Shown piece by piece: positions 54,475 to 63,836 of a stretch of 64,000 bases of DNA (within the stretch, counting starts at the first letter, position 1; the number at the start of each line of letters is the position of its first letter). The stretch spans positions 1 to 64,000 of IMG/VR virus record IMGVR_UViG_2563366756_000009; one strand, written 5' to 3'. The notes beneath the pieces were generated by a model, which worked only from the letters and a program-made list of their open reading frames with translations, was not told the origin of the DNA and made no database searches. The position numbers and the translations under genes were made by a program. This DNA is from a virus. Its lineage: Duplodnaviria; Caudoviricetes.

Positions 54475-55134
54475 ATGAAATCCAAACTCTTTTTATTCGC
54501 TACCGCTTTTCTCGCACTGCTGGCAGGTAGTCAGGCTGCAAATGCAGCAGAGCCGTGTTGGGATGAAATGGTGGCGGCTAACCGCGCGAATGGCCCCGGA
54601 GGACGAGCCGGTGCTGATGCGCAATGGGATAGCCTCTCAGACGAGCAGCTTAGAGCGGACTTGAACGATTACAAGGGCTTCCGACAGTCTTTTCGTGCAC
54701 AAGGTCTTCAGGGGACGCCTGACTACAAATGGGTTGAGTGCACAATAAAAGCAATGGAATCTCGCTTGAAGCCAAACAGTAACGAGGCCAGCGCCAAGGT
54801 GTCGGAGGGGAGCAAGTCGCTGTACGACAAGCAAGTCAGCAAGTACCGAGACGGCACTCAATGCCTGAAGCTGATCCAAAGTCACGACAGCCTGAACAAC
54901 ATGTTCTGGTACAACGGTTGCAAGTTCCTCATCTCTGTTAGCTGGATCGACTATGGAGAGAAGAACGGCGCTGGCTTAAGCGCGGCGGGTCCCATTTCCC
55001 CGGGGAAAAAGGAGGTCATCACTCCCGTGAAAGGGCGCTATACGGCAGCCGCTTGCGAATATCCCGGAACGGTACGAGCACCAAACGGTGAGCGTTGGAA
55101 CCCTCAATCAATGGATCGGCACAGCTGCCGCTAG
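54475..55134 (+). CDS. Secreted Cys-containing moron protein
   Basis: Signal peptide MKSKLFLFATAFLALLAGSQAANA; six Cys. Confidence 0.8.
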   Translation: MKSKLFLFATAFLALLAGSQAANAAEPCWDEMVAANRANGPGGRAGADAQWDSLSDEQLRADLNDYKGFRQSFRAQGLQGTPDYKWVECTIKAMESRLKPNSNEASAKVSEGSKSLYDKQVSKYRDGTQCLKLIQSHDSLNNMFWYNGCKFLISVSWIDYGEKNGAGLSAAGPISPGKKEVITPVKGRYTAAACEYPGTVRAPNGERWNPQSMDRHSCR

Positions 55135-55193
55135 CGCAAAATCTTCTAGGGGCAAAACTTTTCCGGGGGGGGGGCGCCTTCCCCGGGGAGGTG

Positions 55194-55469
55194 TTAGGCG
55201 TTTCGCATAGCCTGGCGGGCAGCGCGATAGGCGCGCAGCCACGCTGCTCGGGGCGTTTTCGTTGTGCCGCTGCCGCGATAGCCGTTGCGGATGGCTCGAT
55301 AGATCGCGGGGGCCACGTACAAGCACGCGCAGTCAGACTCACGGACGGCAGTTTCCTCGCGGATCATCCAAGCGGCGTCGTTGCTCTTCGTGACAACGTG
55401 GTGTGCCTCGACGGCTGCATATCCGAAGGCGCGCAGCTTCGTATAGCTGTTGCGGTGAGATTTGGTCAC
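55194..55469 (-). CDS. Early-left hypothetical protein
   Basis: 91 aa ORF, GGAG RBS. Confidence 0.55.
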   Translation of the reverse strand: MTKSHRNSYTKLRAFGYAAVEAHHVVTKSNDAAWMIREETAVRESDCACLYVAPAIYRAIRNGYRGSGTTKTPRAAWLRAYRAARQAMRNA

Positions 55470-55815
55470 TTCGATATCTCCTGCATCGTGTATATGGCGC
55501 GGCTCTCGGAAGAAAGCCGCTTCATGTACAGCTCACGCAGTGCCCCGGCTACACCCGGCCAAGCCGGCTCCGGGGTCTCCTGCGTTTTGTGCCGATTACC
55601 TCGCCATCGACACGATGTGTGGGCGCCGCGATGAACTGCGGAAGCCAGTCGGGCCAGCCGACCAACCATTTCCGCGTTTCCAACCGACTCATCCACGCGT
55701 GTGGGAGATGTGTGCGCATGGCGGCGCTATGGCCGCGTGACACCTTTTATCCGTCGAATTTTTAGAGAGCACCCGAGAGGTCGGGCGGGCAGCGATGTGT
55801 GCTGCGTTGGAGTGA

Positions 55816-55857
55816 ATAATAGAACTGCTATTAAATATGCACAATAGTAATTCTAGT
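55816..55857 (-). promoter_or_regulatory. PL promoter with OL operators
   Basis: Minus strand TTGTGC-17-TATTAT; AATAG-N5-CTATT (55818) and AATAG-N5-CTAGT (55843), 25 bp apart. Confidence 0.8.
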
Positions 55858-55920
55858 ATTTAAGGAGAAATAATAGCTATCGACATTCTTGTATTGATAG
55901 GAATTGTCGGGCGTGGACGC

Positions 55921-55980
55921 AAAAATGCCCGCTCGCGGCGGGCAGCAGGCAACAAAAAACCCGCCGAAGCGGGTTTGTAT
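55921..55980 (-). terminator. Tandem terminators ending the cI-lipoprotein transcript
   Basis: TGCCCGC/GCGGGCA and AAACCCGC/GCGGGTTT stems with T tracts on the minus strand. Confidence 0.7.
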
Positions 55981-56000
55981 GGTGGCACTTGTCTGAGAGA

Positions 56001-56150
56001 TTAAAACCAGTGGAATCCTTTGGCCATCATCCCGGCTAGCCCTATGGCGACGGCAATAATGGCGCCAAAGGTCAGACGAAAATCTGTGGTGCGAATGCCG
56101 GAAATATCGTTGCTGCGAATCGGCGCTGGTGAAATCTCAACGATCTCAAC
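56001..56150 (-). pseudogene. C-terminal fragment of a prophage membrane protein
   Basis: Reads ...DFRLTFGAIIAVAIGLAGMMAKGFHWF* but has an in-frame TGA upstream and no start. Confidence 0.35.
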
Positions 56151-56212
56151 GCGTCACGGGCTTTGCCACCTACGAGAACGTCCAGATGCTCATTGTCGGT
56201 GCGTCTCGTCCG

Positions 56213-56881
56213 TTACCTCCTGATGACGCACGTTAGACCGTGCGACGCGAGGAAATCATTTCGTTGCAGCACGCTCGACGAAAAGAACGGGCTCCGGGCC
56301 TCGATCTTGTCCCCGCGTCGCTCAAACAGGATTTGCATTTCGAGATCTTTCCCGGTTTCCTGTCGTCGCAGCACCGGGAAATATTGCATAGATATGAATG
56401 ACGTGCCTGTCTTCAAATCTCGATCAACCTGGGCAAAATCAGTCGTTGAAAATCCGCGGCTGCAATTTTTGATGAAGTCGAAGAGAGATTGACCATCTGC
56501 CAGGCGGATCTGTTTGGCAAAGTACAGGGCACGGTGAAAGTCCTGGTGCATCCACCGTGCAGTCTCGGGGTCGGCATCCAGCTCGCGCGGGATGCGGTAC
56601 CGGATGCTACTGATGTCTGGGTATTCTTTGAGAATTTGACGGTCGAACTTGTCGAAGGTTAGGCACTCTTTATCGTCATAACAACCAACATCACTTAGAA
56701 GCTTCTTTTCTGCCGGCGACTGTGGAAGTTCGATTGATGCAGCCGGCAATTTACGCTCACTGGACTGCATCGCCGCAGAAGCTGGAGCATCCGTCTTGCG
56801 TTGCTCATCGGAATCATTGTCGCAGGCCGACAAAACCGAAATCACTGCTGCGGCCCAAGCTGCCATTAGGATTTTGCTCAC
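56213..56881 (-). CDS. Lipoprotein downstream of cI
   Basis: Lipobox LSAC. Confidence 0.8.
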   Translation of the reverse strand: MSKILMAAWAAAVISVLSACDNDSDEQRKTDAPASAAMQSSERKLPAASIELPQSPAEKKLLSDVGCYDDKECLTFDKFDRQILKEYPDISSIRYRIPRELDADPETARWMHQDFHRALYFAKQIRLADGQSLFDFIKNCSRGFSTTDFAQVDRDLKTGTSFISMQYFPVLRRQETGKDLEMQILFERRGDKIEARSPFFSSSVLQRNDFLASHGLTCVIRR

Positions 56882-57027
56882 TCAAGATCCCCGAATTTTG
56901 GTGGCTATTTGCTGTTTCTTATAGCTGCTTGGTGCCGGTTCAGATTGGCGCAATGACGCACTACCGCAGCATGTTCTCTCTACGTTCGATGCATACACCG
57001 ATTACGTGAAGGTGATTGCGCTCGTTT

Positions 57028-57498
57028 CTAGCTCTTTGGCTTCTGATAGACCTCAAGTTCACCGTTCATGGCATCTTGAAGAATGGCCCAAATGAGGGAG
57101 CCTTCGGCTGCGGCCACCGTATCTGTCCGAGCTTTATATCCATCGAGGTACGTCTCTGATTTCACGAACTTGCAGGGGGATTCGCAGGACACCTTGTTGG
57201 TCACACCATTGTCGATGAGATCTACACGGTATTTTTTCCCGGTCTTGCCCTGATATCGCACCATCAGCAACGCCTTCGTTGCGGTCCCGGCTTTTCGGTC
57301 ATCATCGCTTAGTGCTGGTTGATAACCATATTCGCCATCTTGAGCGATGGAGTAGTAGTGAGTTGGCTGAGGCGGTGTTGGGGGCGCTGGCACTTCTGTC
57401 GGCCGGGATGCGCTCTTCGGCTTCTCCTCTGAATCGCCACATCCGGTCAGCAACGCCGCCATGGCGAAGGCCGCGATAATTCCCGATTTGGTCATCAT
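57028..57498 (-). CDS. Lipoprotein downstream of cI
   Basis: Lipobox LTGC, Pro-rich linker. Confidence 0.8.
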   Translation of the reverse strand: MMTKSGIIAAFAMAALLTGCGDSEEKPKSASRPTEVPAPPTPPQPTHYYSIAQDGEYGYQPALSDDDRKAGTATKALLMVRYQGKTGKKYRVDLIDNGVTNKVSCESPCKFVKSETYLDGYKARTDTVAAAEGSLIWAILQDAMNGELEVYQKPKS

Positions 57499-57576
57499 AT
57501 TTTTCTCGTTTTCACTGGTGAAAGTTGGTTTTTCCGGCGCCTGAAGCGCAACGTCCAACAAATATGTCCCTTGGGG

Positions 57577-58413
57577 TCAAAGCTTGGTCCCGCGCCACGC
57601 ATAGACCACTCTGCCAAGGATCTTGAATTTCTCGCGCTCGCCATTCTGGATCAGGTACGGCTCGTACTTCTTGTTGTCTGAGATCATGAGAATTGATCCG
57701 TCCGGACGACGCTGCAGCCGTTTCACGTACAACTCATCGCGCAGAGCAAGAACATAAATCGCATCAACTTTCACGTCGACCACGCCACGGTCAACCCATA
57801 GCAAGTCACCGTCGTTGAAGGTACCTTCCATCGAGTCTCCGAACGCTGGCAAAAGCGCAAGATTCCTTGGGCTGGACACATTTGGCAGGGTGTCCCGGAC
57901 CCATGTCCGGGTGACTCTGATCTGTTCCACGACATTGTCATAGTCGGGCATCGGGAAGCCATTCCCCATGGACGCGCGTACGTCGAAGCGCGGGATCTCA
58001 ATCTCGTCCGCCAAAGCCTTTGCAAAATCGAATCTGGTCAGATGGGCCGCGGCGCTGGTCGGATCGTCAAAGTCAGCATCCGTCAACTCGCTCACATCAG
58101 GGAGAACGTCAGAGGGGGGCGGACCTTCATAGTTACGCAGTGCAGGCGAAATATGTAACGCAACGCTCATGGCCTGTTTGGCGAGCGTCGGGCTGAAATC
58201 GGCAATAGAAACGCCTAGACCGCGCGCGAAGCCGGCGGCGGCCTTCGCATTCAGCGGGCTTCGCGCATTGAGGTACTGCCAAACCATCCCCTGCGAGCCG
58301 ATCTCGAACTTCGCGCCGAACGCCTCTTGCGATAGATCGGATTTGACTTTGAATAGGGCCTTCAGACGCGCCGCGTCTTCGATCTGCCAGGGAAGAAGGG
58401 TTGTTTTTGCCAT
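57577..58413 (-). CDS. cI: CI-like repressor (HTH plus S24 peptidase)
   Basis: N-terminal HTH; ASMG cleavage-site region, GDSMEG Ser motif, LYVKRL Lys motif. Confidence 0.93.
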   Translation of the reverse strand: MAKTTLLPWQIEDAARLKALFKVKSDLSQEAFGAKFEIGSQGMVWQYLNARSPLNAKAAAGFARGLGVSIADFSPTLAKQAMSVALHISPALRNYEGPPPSDVLPDVSELTDADFDDPTSAAAHLTRFDFAKALADEIEIPRFDVRASMGNGFPMPDYDNVVEQIRVTRTWVRDTLPNVSSPRNLALLPAFGDSMEGTFNDGDLLWVDRGVVDVKVDAIYVLALRDELYVKRLQRRPDGSILMISDNKKYEPYLIQNGEREKFKILGRVVYAWRGTKL

Positions 58414-58419
58414 AGGGCG

Positions 58420-58488
58420 AATATAGCGATTCTATTAATGAGTTCAACAAGGATTCCTATTGACCAAAACAAATAGTGATACTAGTAT
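58420..58488. promoter_or_regulatory. OR region: PRM, PR and three operators
   Basis: PR TTGACC-17-TAGTAT; PRM (minus) TTGAAC-16-TATATT; operators TATAG-N5-CTATT, ACAAG-N5-CTATT, AATAG-N5-CTAGT at 25-bp spacing. Confidence 0.85.
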
Positions 58489-58494
58489 TTGGGC

Positions 58495-58809
58495 ATGGAC
58501 ATCAATACCTATCTTCACGAGAACCGGCTGACGCAGACTTGGCTGGCGGGAAAACTTGGCGTAACGCCCGGGGCAGTGTGGCAATGGATTCGCTCTGGCC
58601 GATTTCCGCCTGAGCACTGCCCGACGATTGAGCGCCTCACTGACGGCAGCGTCAGATGTGAGGATCTGAACGATCGTGTGGATTGGGCATACATCCGATC
58701 CCACCCGGAAGCCGAGGATCCACCCCGAAGCCCTCGAAGTCGCCCTCCCGCCCAAAGAGGCGGTGAGGGCGCAACGGCTGACGGGGACACTGCGGGGGCG
58801 ATCGCATGA
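58495..58809 (+). CDS. cro: Cro/YdaS-like protein, probably leaderless
   Basis: LAGKLGVTPGAVWQW...IERLTDGSVRCEDL; ATG 6 nt after the PR -10. Confidence 0.88.
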   Translation: MDINTYLHENRLTQTWLAGKLGVTPGAVWQWIRSGRFPPEHCPTIERLTDGSVRCEDLNDRVDWAYIRSHPEAEDPPRSPRSRPPAQRGGEGATADGDTAGAIA

Positions 58810-58949
58810 CGAAGATCACCCCGATTCGCCGCCGCTTCGGTTTGCTCGGTGCCGTCGCCTCGCTTTTTAGCGCGTGGCGGCTGCATCGCGCTGATCGGAA
58901 GCTGGCCAGTCCCTATTACGACCCGAAACAGTTCCGGGGGCGTCGATGA
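58806..58949 (+). CDS. Small hypothetical protein (47 aa)
   Basis: ATGA-coupled to cro; hand-translated. Confidence 0.4.
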   Translation: MTKITPIRRRFGLLGAVASLFSAWRLHRADRKLASPYYDPKQFRGRR

Positions 58950-58960
58950 TGCGATTTCAG

Positions 58961-59470
58961 CTAGTACAGCCTCGGCATCTTGATCTGGTACGTCTTTCCG
59001 GTGAGGAAGTTCGCTTTGCATGCGTTGCAGTGAAGAAAAATCTTCCCATTCCCTTTGTGCGTCTGGAGTACTTCCTTCTTCGACGCGTTGTCCATGCAGG
59101 ACTGGCAAAGGTAGTGCGCGGGATCGGTTATTTCATCCGGCGTACTTCCGCCGTTGTAGGCGAGGACGAAAACACCTTCCGACAGTTCATGAAGGCGGTA
59201 CTTCGCTCGCTCCGACTGCCCTTGTTCAAGCTCAGCGACGCGTGCACTGATCTTTCGCTTGTCGTCTTTGAGCGCATCAATCTCGTCGCGTGCCGCCGAC
59301 AGCTTCTCTTGCAATTGAAGCGCGGCGTTTGTGACATCGAAGATCCGTTCATCCAGTACTTGCTTCGCCTCGGCGAGCTTCGATTGATCCCGTGCTGCGA
59401 CGGCTGTCTTCGTCAACTCGAATGCACTTTTCAGGCCACTCAATGCGGCACTGATGGATGCAATGTCCAT
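58961..59470 (-). CDS. Antisense moron: coiled coil plus C-terminal Zn ribbon
   Basis: MDIASISAALSGLK...; CQSC and CNAC pairs. Confidence 0.75.
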   Translation of the reverse strand: MDIASISAALSGLKSAFELTKTAVAARDQSKLAEAKQVLDERIFDVTNAALQLQEKLSAARDEIDALKDDKRKISARVAELEQGQSERAKYRLHELSEGVFVLAYNGGSTPDEITDPAHYLCQSCMDNASKKEVLQTHKGNGKIFLHCNACKANFLTGKTYQIKMPRLY

Positions 59471-59624
59471 GGGGTTTCCCCTTGTTTTGGTTTCAACGGT
59501 GTAGGAACCAACGATTCTAAGGCAGGTGGGAATCCTCACCATTTCAATCCGGCGCAATCGCGCCGCCTCGTTTGCTTTGTTGGAACCAATCGTATGGATC
59601 ACGAACCGCACGTGGGAGCAACAC

Positions 59625-59939
59625 ATGAAGGTTGCTGAGAGAAACGAAAATGTGGTAGTGGGCCTGATCGCGAAACGGACTCAGATAGCCGTCGCGAACG
59701 CTCTCGGCATTGACCGAACGAACTTCAATCGCTTCCACAACAGCCGCGGTCACGGGCTGTCCCTCAAGAAGTTCTGCGAAATGCTTGAGCTGCTCGGGTT
59801 GGATCTGTCTCGGCTCGACGGTGCGCCGGAAATCCCAGAAGACGTCGACACGGTCACGATGCCCCGCGCTGAGTACGAGGCCATGCTCGAGCGACAGGAC
59901 GCGATGCGCACGCTTCTCAAGCACTCCCTGGGGGACTGA
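59625..59939 (+). CDS. cII: CII-like transcription activator
   Basis: TQIAVANALGIDRTNFNRF HTH...KFCEMLELLG; position after cro. Confidence 0.7.
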   Translation: MKVAERNENVVVGLIAKRTQIAVANALGIDRTNFNRFHNSRGHGLSLKKFCEMLELLGLDLSRLDGAPEIPEDVDTVTMPRAEYEAMLERQDAMRTLLKHSLGD

Positions 59940-59941
59940 CC

Positions 59942-60523
59942 ATGTCAGGGAACAAGCGCATGCCATGGTCGCCGGAAGACAGCGCTCGGCTGACGGATCT
60001 GTGGGACTCGGCGCTCCCCATCAAATGCATCGCCGAACATTTCCCCGGGCGCACGACAAACGCGGTGCGCAAACACGGCCGCTACGGTTTGGGGTTGCCA
60101 GATCGCAATGGGAAGCGGGGGCGGGCTACATCGATCGCCTGGGGCGCGATTCAGCGAGAGCTGCGGAAGGTGCCGATGGGCGATTCGAAGTATCTCGCGA
60201 TGGTCACAGGCTACTCGCGGCGCCAGATCCTGCTGCTTCTGAGCGAGCACCACGAAGCAGGCGACTTGCATATCGCAGGCTGGGTACGTTACGCGCCGGC
60301 TGGCGCTTGGGCGGCACGCTTTTCTCTCGGGAACGGCGTCGACGCTCAGAAGCCAGAGCCGCTGACGCGCAAAGAGATCGACCGACGTCGCACTCTCAGA
60401 CTGAGCAAGGATGCCGAATATCAGGCCGCCCGCTGCGCGCGTGCGCGCGTCCGCTATGCGATCAAGACAGGCAGTCTCGTTCGACGAGACCCCTTGATCG
60501 CGGCTCTTTACGGTACCGCGTAG
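59942..60523 (+). CDS. HTH-containing hypothetical protein
   Basis: WSPEDSARL...RTTNAVR Myb-like start plus second HTH. Confidence 0.6.
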   Translation: MSGNKRMPWSPEDSARLTDLWDSALPIKCIAEHFPGRTTNAVRKHGRYGLGLPDRNGKRGRATSIAWGAIQRELRKVPMGDSKYLAMVTGYSRRQILLLLSEHHEAGDLHIAGWVRYAPAGAWAARFSLGNGVDAQKPEPLTRKEIDRRRTLRLSKDAEYQAARCARARVRYAIKTGSLVRRDPLIAALYGTA

Positions 60524-60534
60524 GCGGGGAATCA

Positions 60535-61497
60535 ATGGCACGAATTCGTTCAGTCAAACCCGAGTTTTGGACGTCCGAGCAAGTGATGGACGTCTCTCGT
60601 GACGCTCGTATCCTTTTCATCGGGATGTGGAATTTCTGCGATGACGCTGGGATTCACTCGGCCAACGAGAAGCGGTTGAAGGCTGAGGTGTTCCCGGCCG
60701 ACGACCTGACTTCGGCGGATGTTCGGCGAATGGTCGACGAACTGCTTCGCGTCGGATTGCTCGACGAGTATGAAGTCGCCGGACAGCGCTTCTGGATCGT
60801 TACCGGCTGGCATCACCAGAAGATCGATCAGCCGACGTTCAAGCATCCTCGCCCGGACGGCACTGTTCCGTCCGGTGCGCCGAAGCGCCGTCAAACCCGC
60901 ATGAAATCGAAAGATTCGGCGAGTGATCGCCAATCGGACGGCGAACATTCGTCTAATGATCGCGGAATGTTCGGCGAACACTCGTCGAACGAACGGGGAG
61001 CGGACGGTGAACGTTCACCCCCGGAGAGGAGTGGAGTGGAAGGGAGTGGAGTATCAAAAGGTAGTGGTACTTCAATCGTCGTAGGCGACGACGATGAAAA
61101 TCGCAGCCTTTCCGATGCTAGCGACTTCACGGACCCCCGCGTGCCGGCCAACCCCGCCGAGTGGGCCACGTACTTCGGCGACGAGCACGGCATCGATATC
61201 GACCCAACGAGCATCCACGAGCGCAAGCGATTCGTGCCTCTCGCGACGGCATGGTGCAACGCCCGGGTGTCGGTCGGGCGCATGCGCAAGGCTATCGAGA
61301 AGGCTCAGGACGAAGCCACCGAGCCAATCGTGTTTCTCCCGGCCTACGTCGACCGTGTGCTGGCGAACCAGGCCGCGCCGCGCGCGTCGCCGCGACAGGC
61401 CGAGAACGCAGCAATCCTCGCCGGCCTCGCCGGTAACCCAATCGGACACGACTATGACCACGACACCATCGACGTTGAAGCGCGGCACGTCAGTTGA
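60535..61497 (+). CDS. Phage replication initiator (O-like)
   Basis: MARIRSVKPEFWTSEQV...LFIGMWNFCDDAG; low-complexity linker. Confidence 0.8.
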   Translation: MARIRSVKPEFWTSEQVMDVSRDARILFIGMWNFCDDAGIHSANEKRLKAEVFPADDLTSADVRRMVDELLRVGLLDEYEVAGQRFWIVTGWHHQKIDQPTFKHPRPDGTVPSGAPKRRQTRMKSKDSASDRQSDGEHSSNDRGMFGEHSSNERGADGERSPPERSGVEGSGVSKGSGTSIVVGDDDENRSLSDASDFTDPRVPANPAEWATYFGDEHGIDIDPTSIHERKRFVPLATAWCNARVSVGRMRKAIEKAQDEATEPIVFLPAYVDRVLANQAAPRASPRQAENAAILAGLAGNPIGHDYDHDTIDVEARHVS

Positions 61498-62224
61498 CTG
61501 GCCGCAAGACGCGGCACCGCAGCGGCTTATCGAGCGCCTGTTCACCGTGCTTGGCCAGCGCTACGGCGCCCGGCTGGCGGACATGTGGCGCGGCGGGGAT
61601 CCGTCGAAGCCCGAGACAGTGCGGCAACACCTCGAAGGCGTGAAGCGGCAGTGGGCGCTCGATCTTGCCGATCTGACCGCAGCCGAGTGGCAGCGCGGCA
61701 TCGCCGCATTGCGCGATCGCCCTTACGTGCCGACCTGCCCGGAATTCCGGCTGCTCTGCCGCCCGCGTCAGCACGTCAACGAACTGCTCGAGTACGCCGT
61801 CGCGCAGTTGCATCGACGGGACACCGACGGCAGCGACGTCTGGCCCGATCCGGCACTGTTCTGGGCGGCCAAGCGCGTCGGCGGGTACGAGATGCGCACG
61901 CTTGGTCGGGACGTCCTCGTGAAGCGATTCGCCGCAGCACTCGATGCGGTGCGTGACGAGGGAAACCTGCAGCCCGTTCCGGCCGCCATGGCCGCCTTGC
62001 CTGCACCCGGCAAAGCCACGACGGACAAGGCGACAGGCCGTGCGCACCTCGCCGCGATTCTGGCAGGACGCCCGGGCCGCTCGGAACGCTCGCTCTCGCG
62101 TACGCGCGAGGCGTTGCTCCCGATTGCAGATCGCCCCGACGCCGTGGCGAAGTTGCTCCCGGACTCGGTCCTCGCGTACGCGCGAGAGGCAGAGAAGGGC
62201 GCGGCACGAGCCCCGCAGGCGTGA
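61454..62224 (+). CDS. Replication protein (P-like)
   Basis: IERLFTVL..RYG...W...PTCPEFRLLC. Confidence 0.65.
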   Translation: MTTTPSTLKRGTSVDWPQDAAPQRLIERLFTVLGQRYGARLADMWRGGDPSKPETVRQHLEGVKRQWALDLADLTAAEWQRGIAALRDRPYVPTCPEFRLLCRPRQHVNELLEYAVAQLHRRDTDGSDVWPDPALFWAAKRVGGYEMRTLGRDVLVKRFAAALDAVRDEGNLQPVPAAMAALPAPGKATTDKATGRAHLAAILAGRPGRSERSLSRTREALLPIADRPDAVAKLLPDSVLAYAREAEKGAARAPQA

Positions 62225-62227
62225 CGC

Positions 62228-62431
62228 ATGGATCTGTGCCCACTCTGCCAGGCAAACGCCGGTCGGCTCGACTTCACGAAGCCGTGCTGTCGGGTTCGTC
62301 ACCTGATGGCGTTGCCCAAGGTCGAGATGCGGCGGGCGACCCTCGACCGGTGGCGCAGGCAGTTGGGCGATACCGCAGTGAATCGGATTGAGAACGAAGT
62401 GAAGGCCCGGTGGGCAGCGAGGAAAGCATGA
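62228..62431 (+). CDS. Small Cys-rich protein
   Basis: CPLC...PCCRVR. Confidence 0.6.
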   Translation: MDLCPLCQANAGRLDFTKPCCRVRHLMALPKVEMRRATLDRWRRQLGDTAVNRIENEVKARWAARKA

Positions 62432-62802
62432 GTACGTTCAATTTCAGAAGTTCGGCGAAGACGCGCATGCAGGCGCTCGGTCGCTTGAAAGCAGGGCAGC
62501 GGAACAAGACGGAGACGGCCTACGAGGCGTTGCTTGAAGCCCGTCGACAGGCTGGAACCGTCGCCTGGTACAAGTTCGAAGGCCTGAAACTGCGACTGGC
62601 CGACAACACGTTTTATTCGCCGGATTTCTTCGTGATGCTCGCAGACGGAACGCTCGAGGCTCACGAGGTGAAAGGGCATTGGCAGGATGATGCGCGGGTC
62701 AAGATCAAGGTTGCGGCTGAACTGTACCCATTCAGATTCATCGCCGTGCGCCCCAAGCCGAAGCGAGAAGGCGGCGGCTGGCAGCAAGAGATTTTTGAGT
62801 AA
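62428..62802 (+). CDS. DUF1064-like PD-(D/E)xK nuclease
   Basis: YSPDF...EVKG. Confidence 0.75.
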   Translation: MSTFNFRSSAKTRMQALGRLKAGQRNKTETAYEALLEARRQAGTVAWYKFEGLKLRLADNTFYSPDFFVMLADGTLEAHEVKGHWQDDARVKIKVAAELYPFRFIAVRPKPKREGGGWQQEIFE

Positions 62803-62833
62803 TGGATTGGCACTTTTGACGGGGATCAGGCCA

Positions 62834-63460
62834 ATGAACGAAGCATTTCAAGACACTCGACAGGCGCTCCACGTGGCGTACCTCGTTCTGTCGCTGCCGC
62901 CTCGGCAGAAGGCACCGTTTCGCAACATGCTGATTCGGATCATCGAGTCGATTGACAAGCCGACGAAGGCGCAGGAAGCATGGCTGAACGAGTTGCGCGG
63001 GCCGCAGGGCGAGTTTGACTCCGAGCGGCTGACGCTCGAGGAATTCCGCGCGCAGTGCGCCATGATCACGGACGCGGCGCGCACACGGCTGCCGTCACCA
63101 GAGTATGCGGCGGTGCTCGCGCGCTTCGCGCATGGAGACGAGAAGGTGGCGGGCATCAATACGTTGGCCGTCTGGTCGCGCAAGTCGAGCGGCATCACGG
63201 CCGTGGCGCTGCTGCGCGACCTGACCGCGTGGAACTACCTGCCGCGTACGAAGCGGGAAGGAGTGTCGATCCGGGATCTGGCCGAGCGCCACAAGATAGC
63301 AAAGAGCACGGCGTTTCGCGCGGCCAAGTGGATGGCGGCACGCTTCACGGAACTGGAAAATCTGGCAGTGGCGAGGCTCGAAGCGGGCTTCGTCTCGCAT
63401 GGCGTCGTCCCATCTTCAACCCATCCCGCGTGCGATTATGCGCAGCCCGTTGCAGCGTAA
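62834..63460 (+). CDS. Q-like late antiterminator
   Basis: C-terminal HTH; immediately followed by a PR'-like promoter and terminator. Confidence 0.6.
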   Translation: MNEAFQDTRQALHVAYLVLSLPPRQKAPFRNMLIRIIESIDKPTKAQEAWLNELRGPQGEFDSERLTLEEFRAQCAMITDAARTRLPSPEYAAVLARFAHGDEKVAGINTLAVWSRKSSGITAVALLRDLTAWNYLPRTKREGVSIRDLAERHKIAKSTAFRAAKWMAARFTELENLAVARLEAGFVSHGVVPSSTHPACDYAQPVAA

Positions 63461-63481
63461 GGACTTCGAAGGAAAAAGCTC

Positions 63482-63510
63482 TTGCAGTTTTGGGACAAAG
63501 CACCTAAGAT
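63482..63510 (+). promoter_or_regulatory. Late promoter PR'
   Basis: TTGCAG-17-TAAGAT. Confidence 0.65.
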
Positions 63511-63537
63511 TTCGCCATACTCAGCAAAAGTACGTTC

Positions 63538-63563
63538 AAAGCCCGCCTAGTGCGGGCTTTTTT
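63538..63563. terminator. tR'-like bidirectional terminator
   Basis: AAAGCCCGC-CTAGT-GCGGGCTTT followed by TTT. Confidence 0.85.
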
Positions 63564-63814
63564 CATTGTTTCGGCGCTATTGCAGATCCGATCGCCGAAT
63601 CGATGAGTGCGCGTGTTTTCTCGAAGGCCTCGATTTGTGTGTCGGACCAACCGGCACCGAGCGATGTTGAGAGCAGCGTTTCCATCCAGTGATTCATGGC
63701 CCGCTCGAGTTGTGGGGTTCGCTCCACAGTACTCAGAAGTGCAATCATCGCAGCGAGAATGGCATGCGTATTCCCCGCAGTCGTCATTGTGGCTTCGACC
63801 AGTGACTTTTCCAT
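63563..63814 (-). CDS. Small antisense helical protein
   Basis: Shares SDxQIEA with 10948-11232. Confidence 0.6.
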   Translation of the reverse strand: MEKSLVEATMTTAGNTHAILAAMIALLSTVERTPQLERAMNHWMETLLSTSLGAGWSDTQIEAFEKTRALIDSAIGSAIAPKQ

Positions 63815-63836
63815 TGTGGATCCCTAGGCTGATGAA

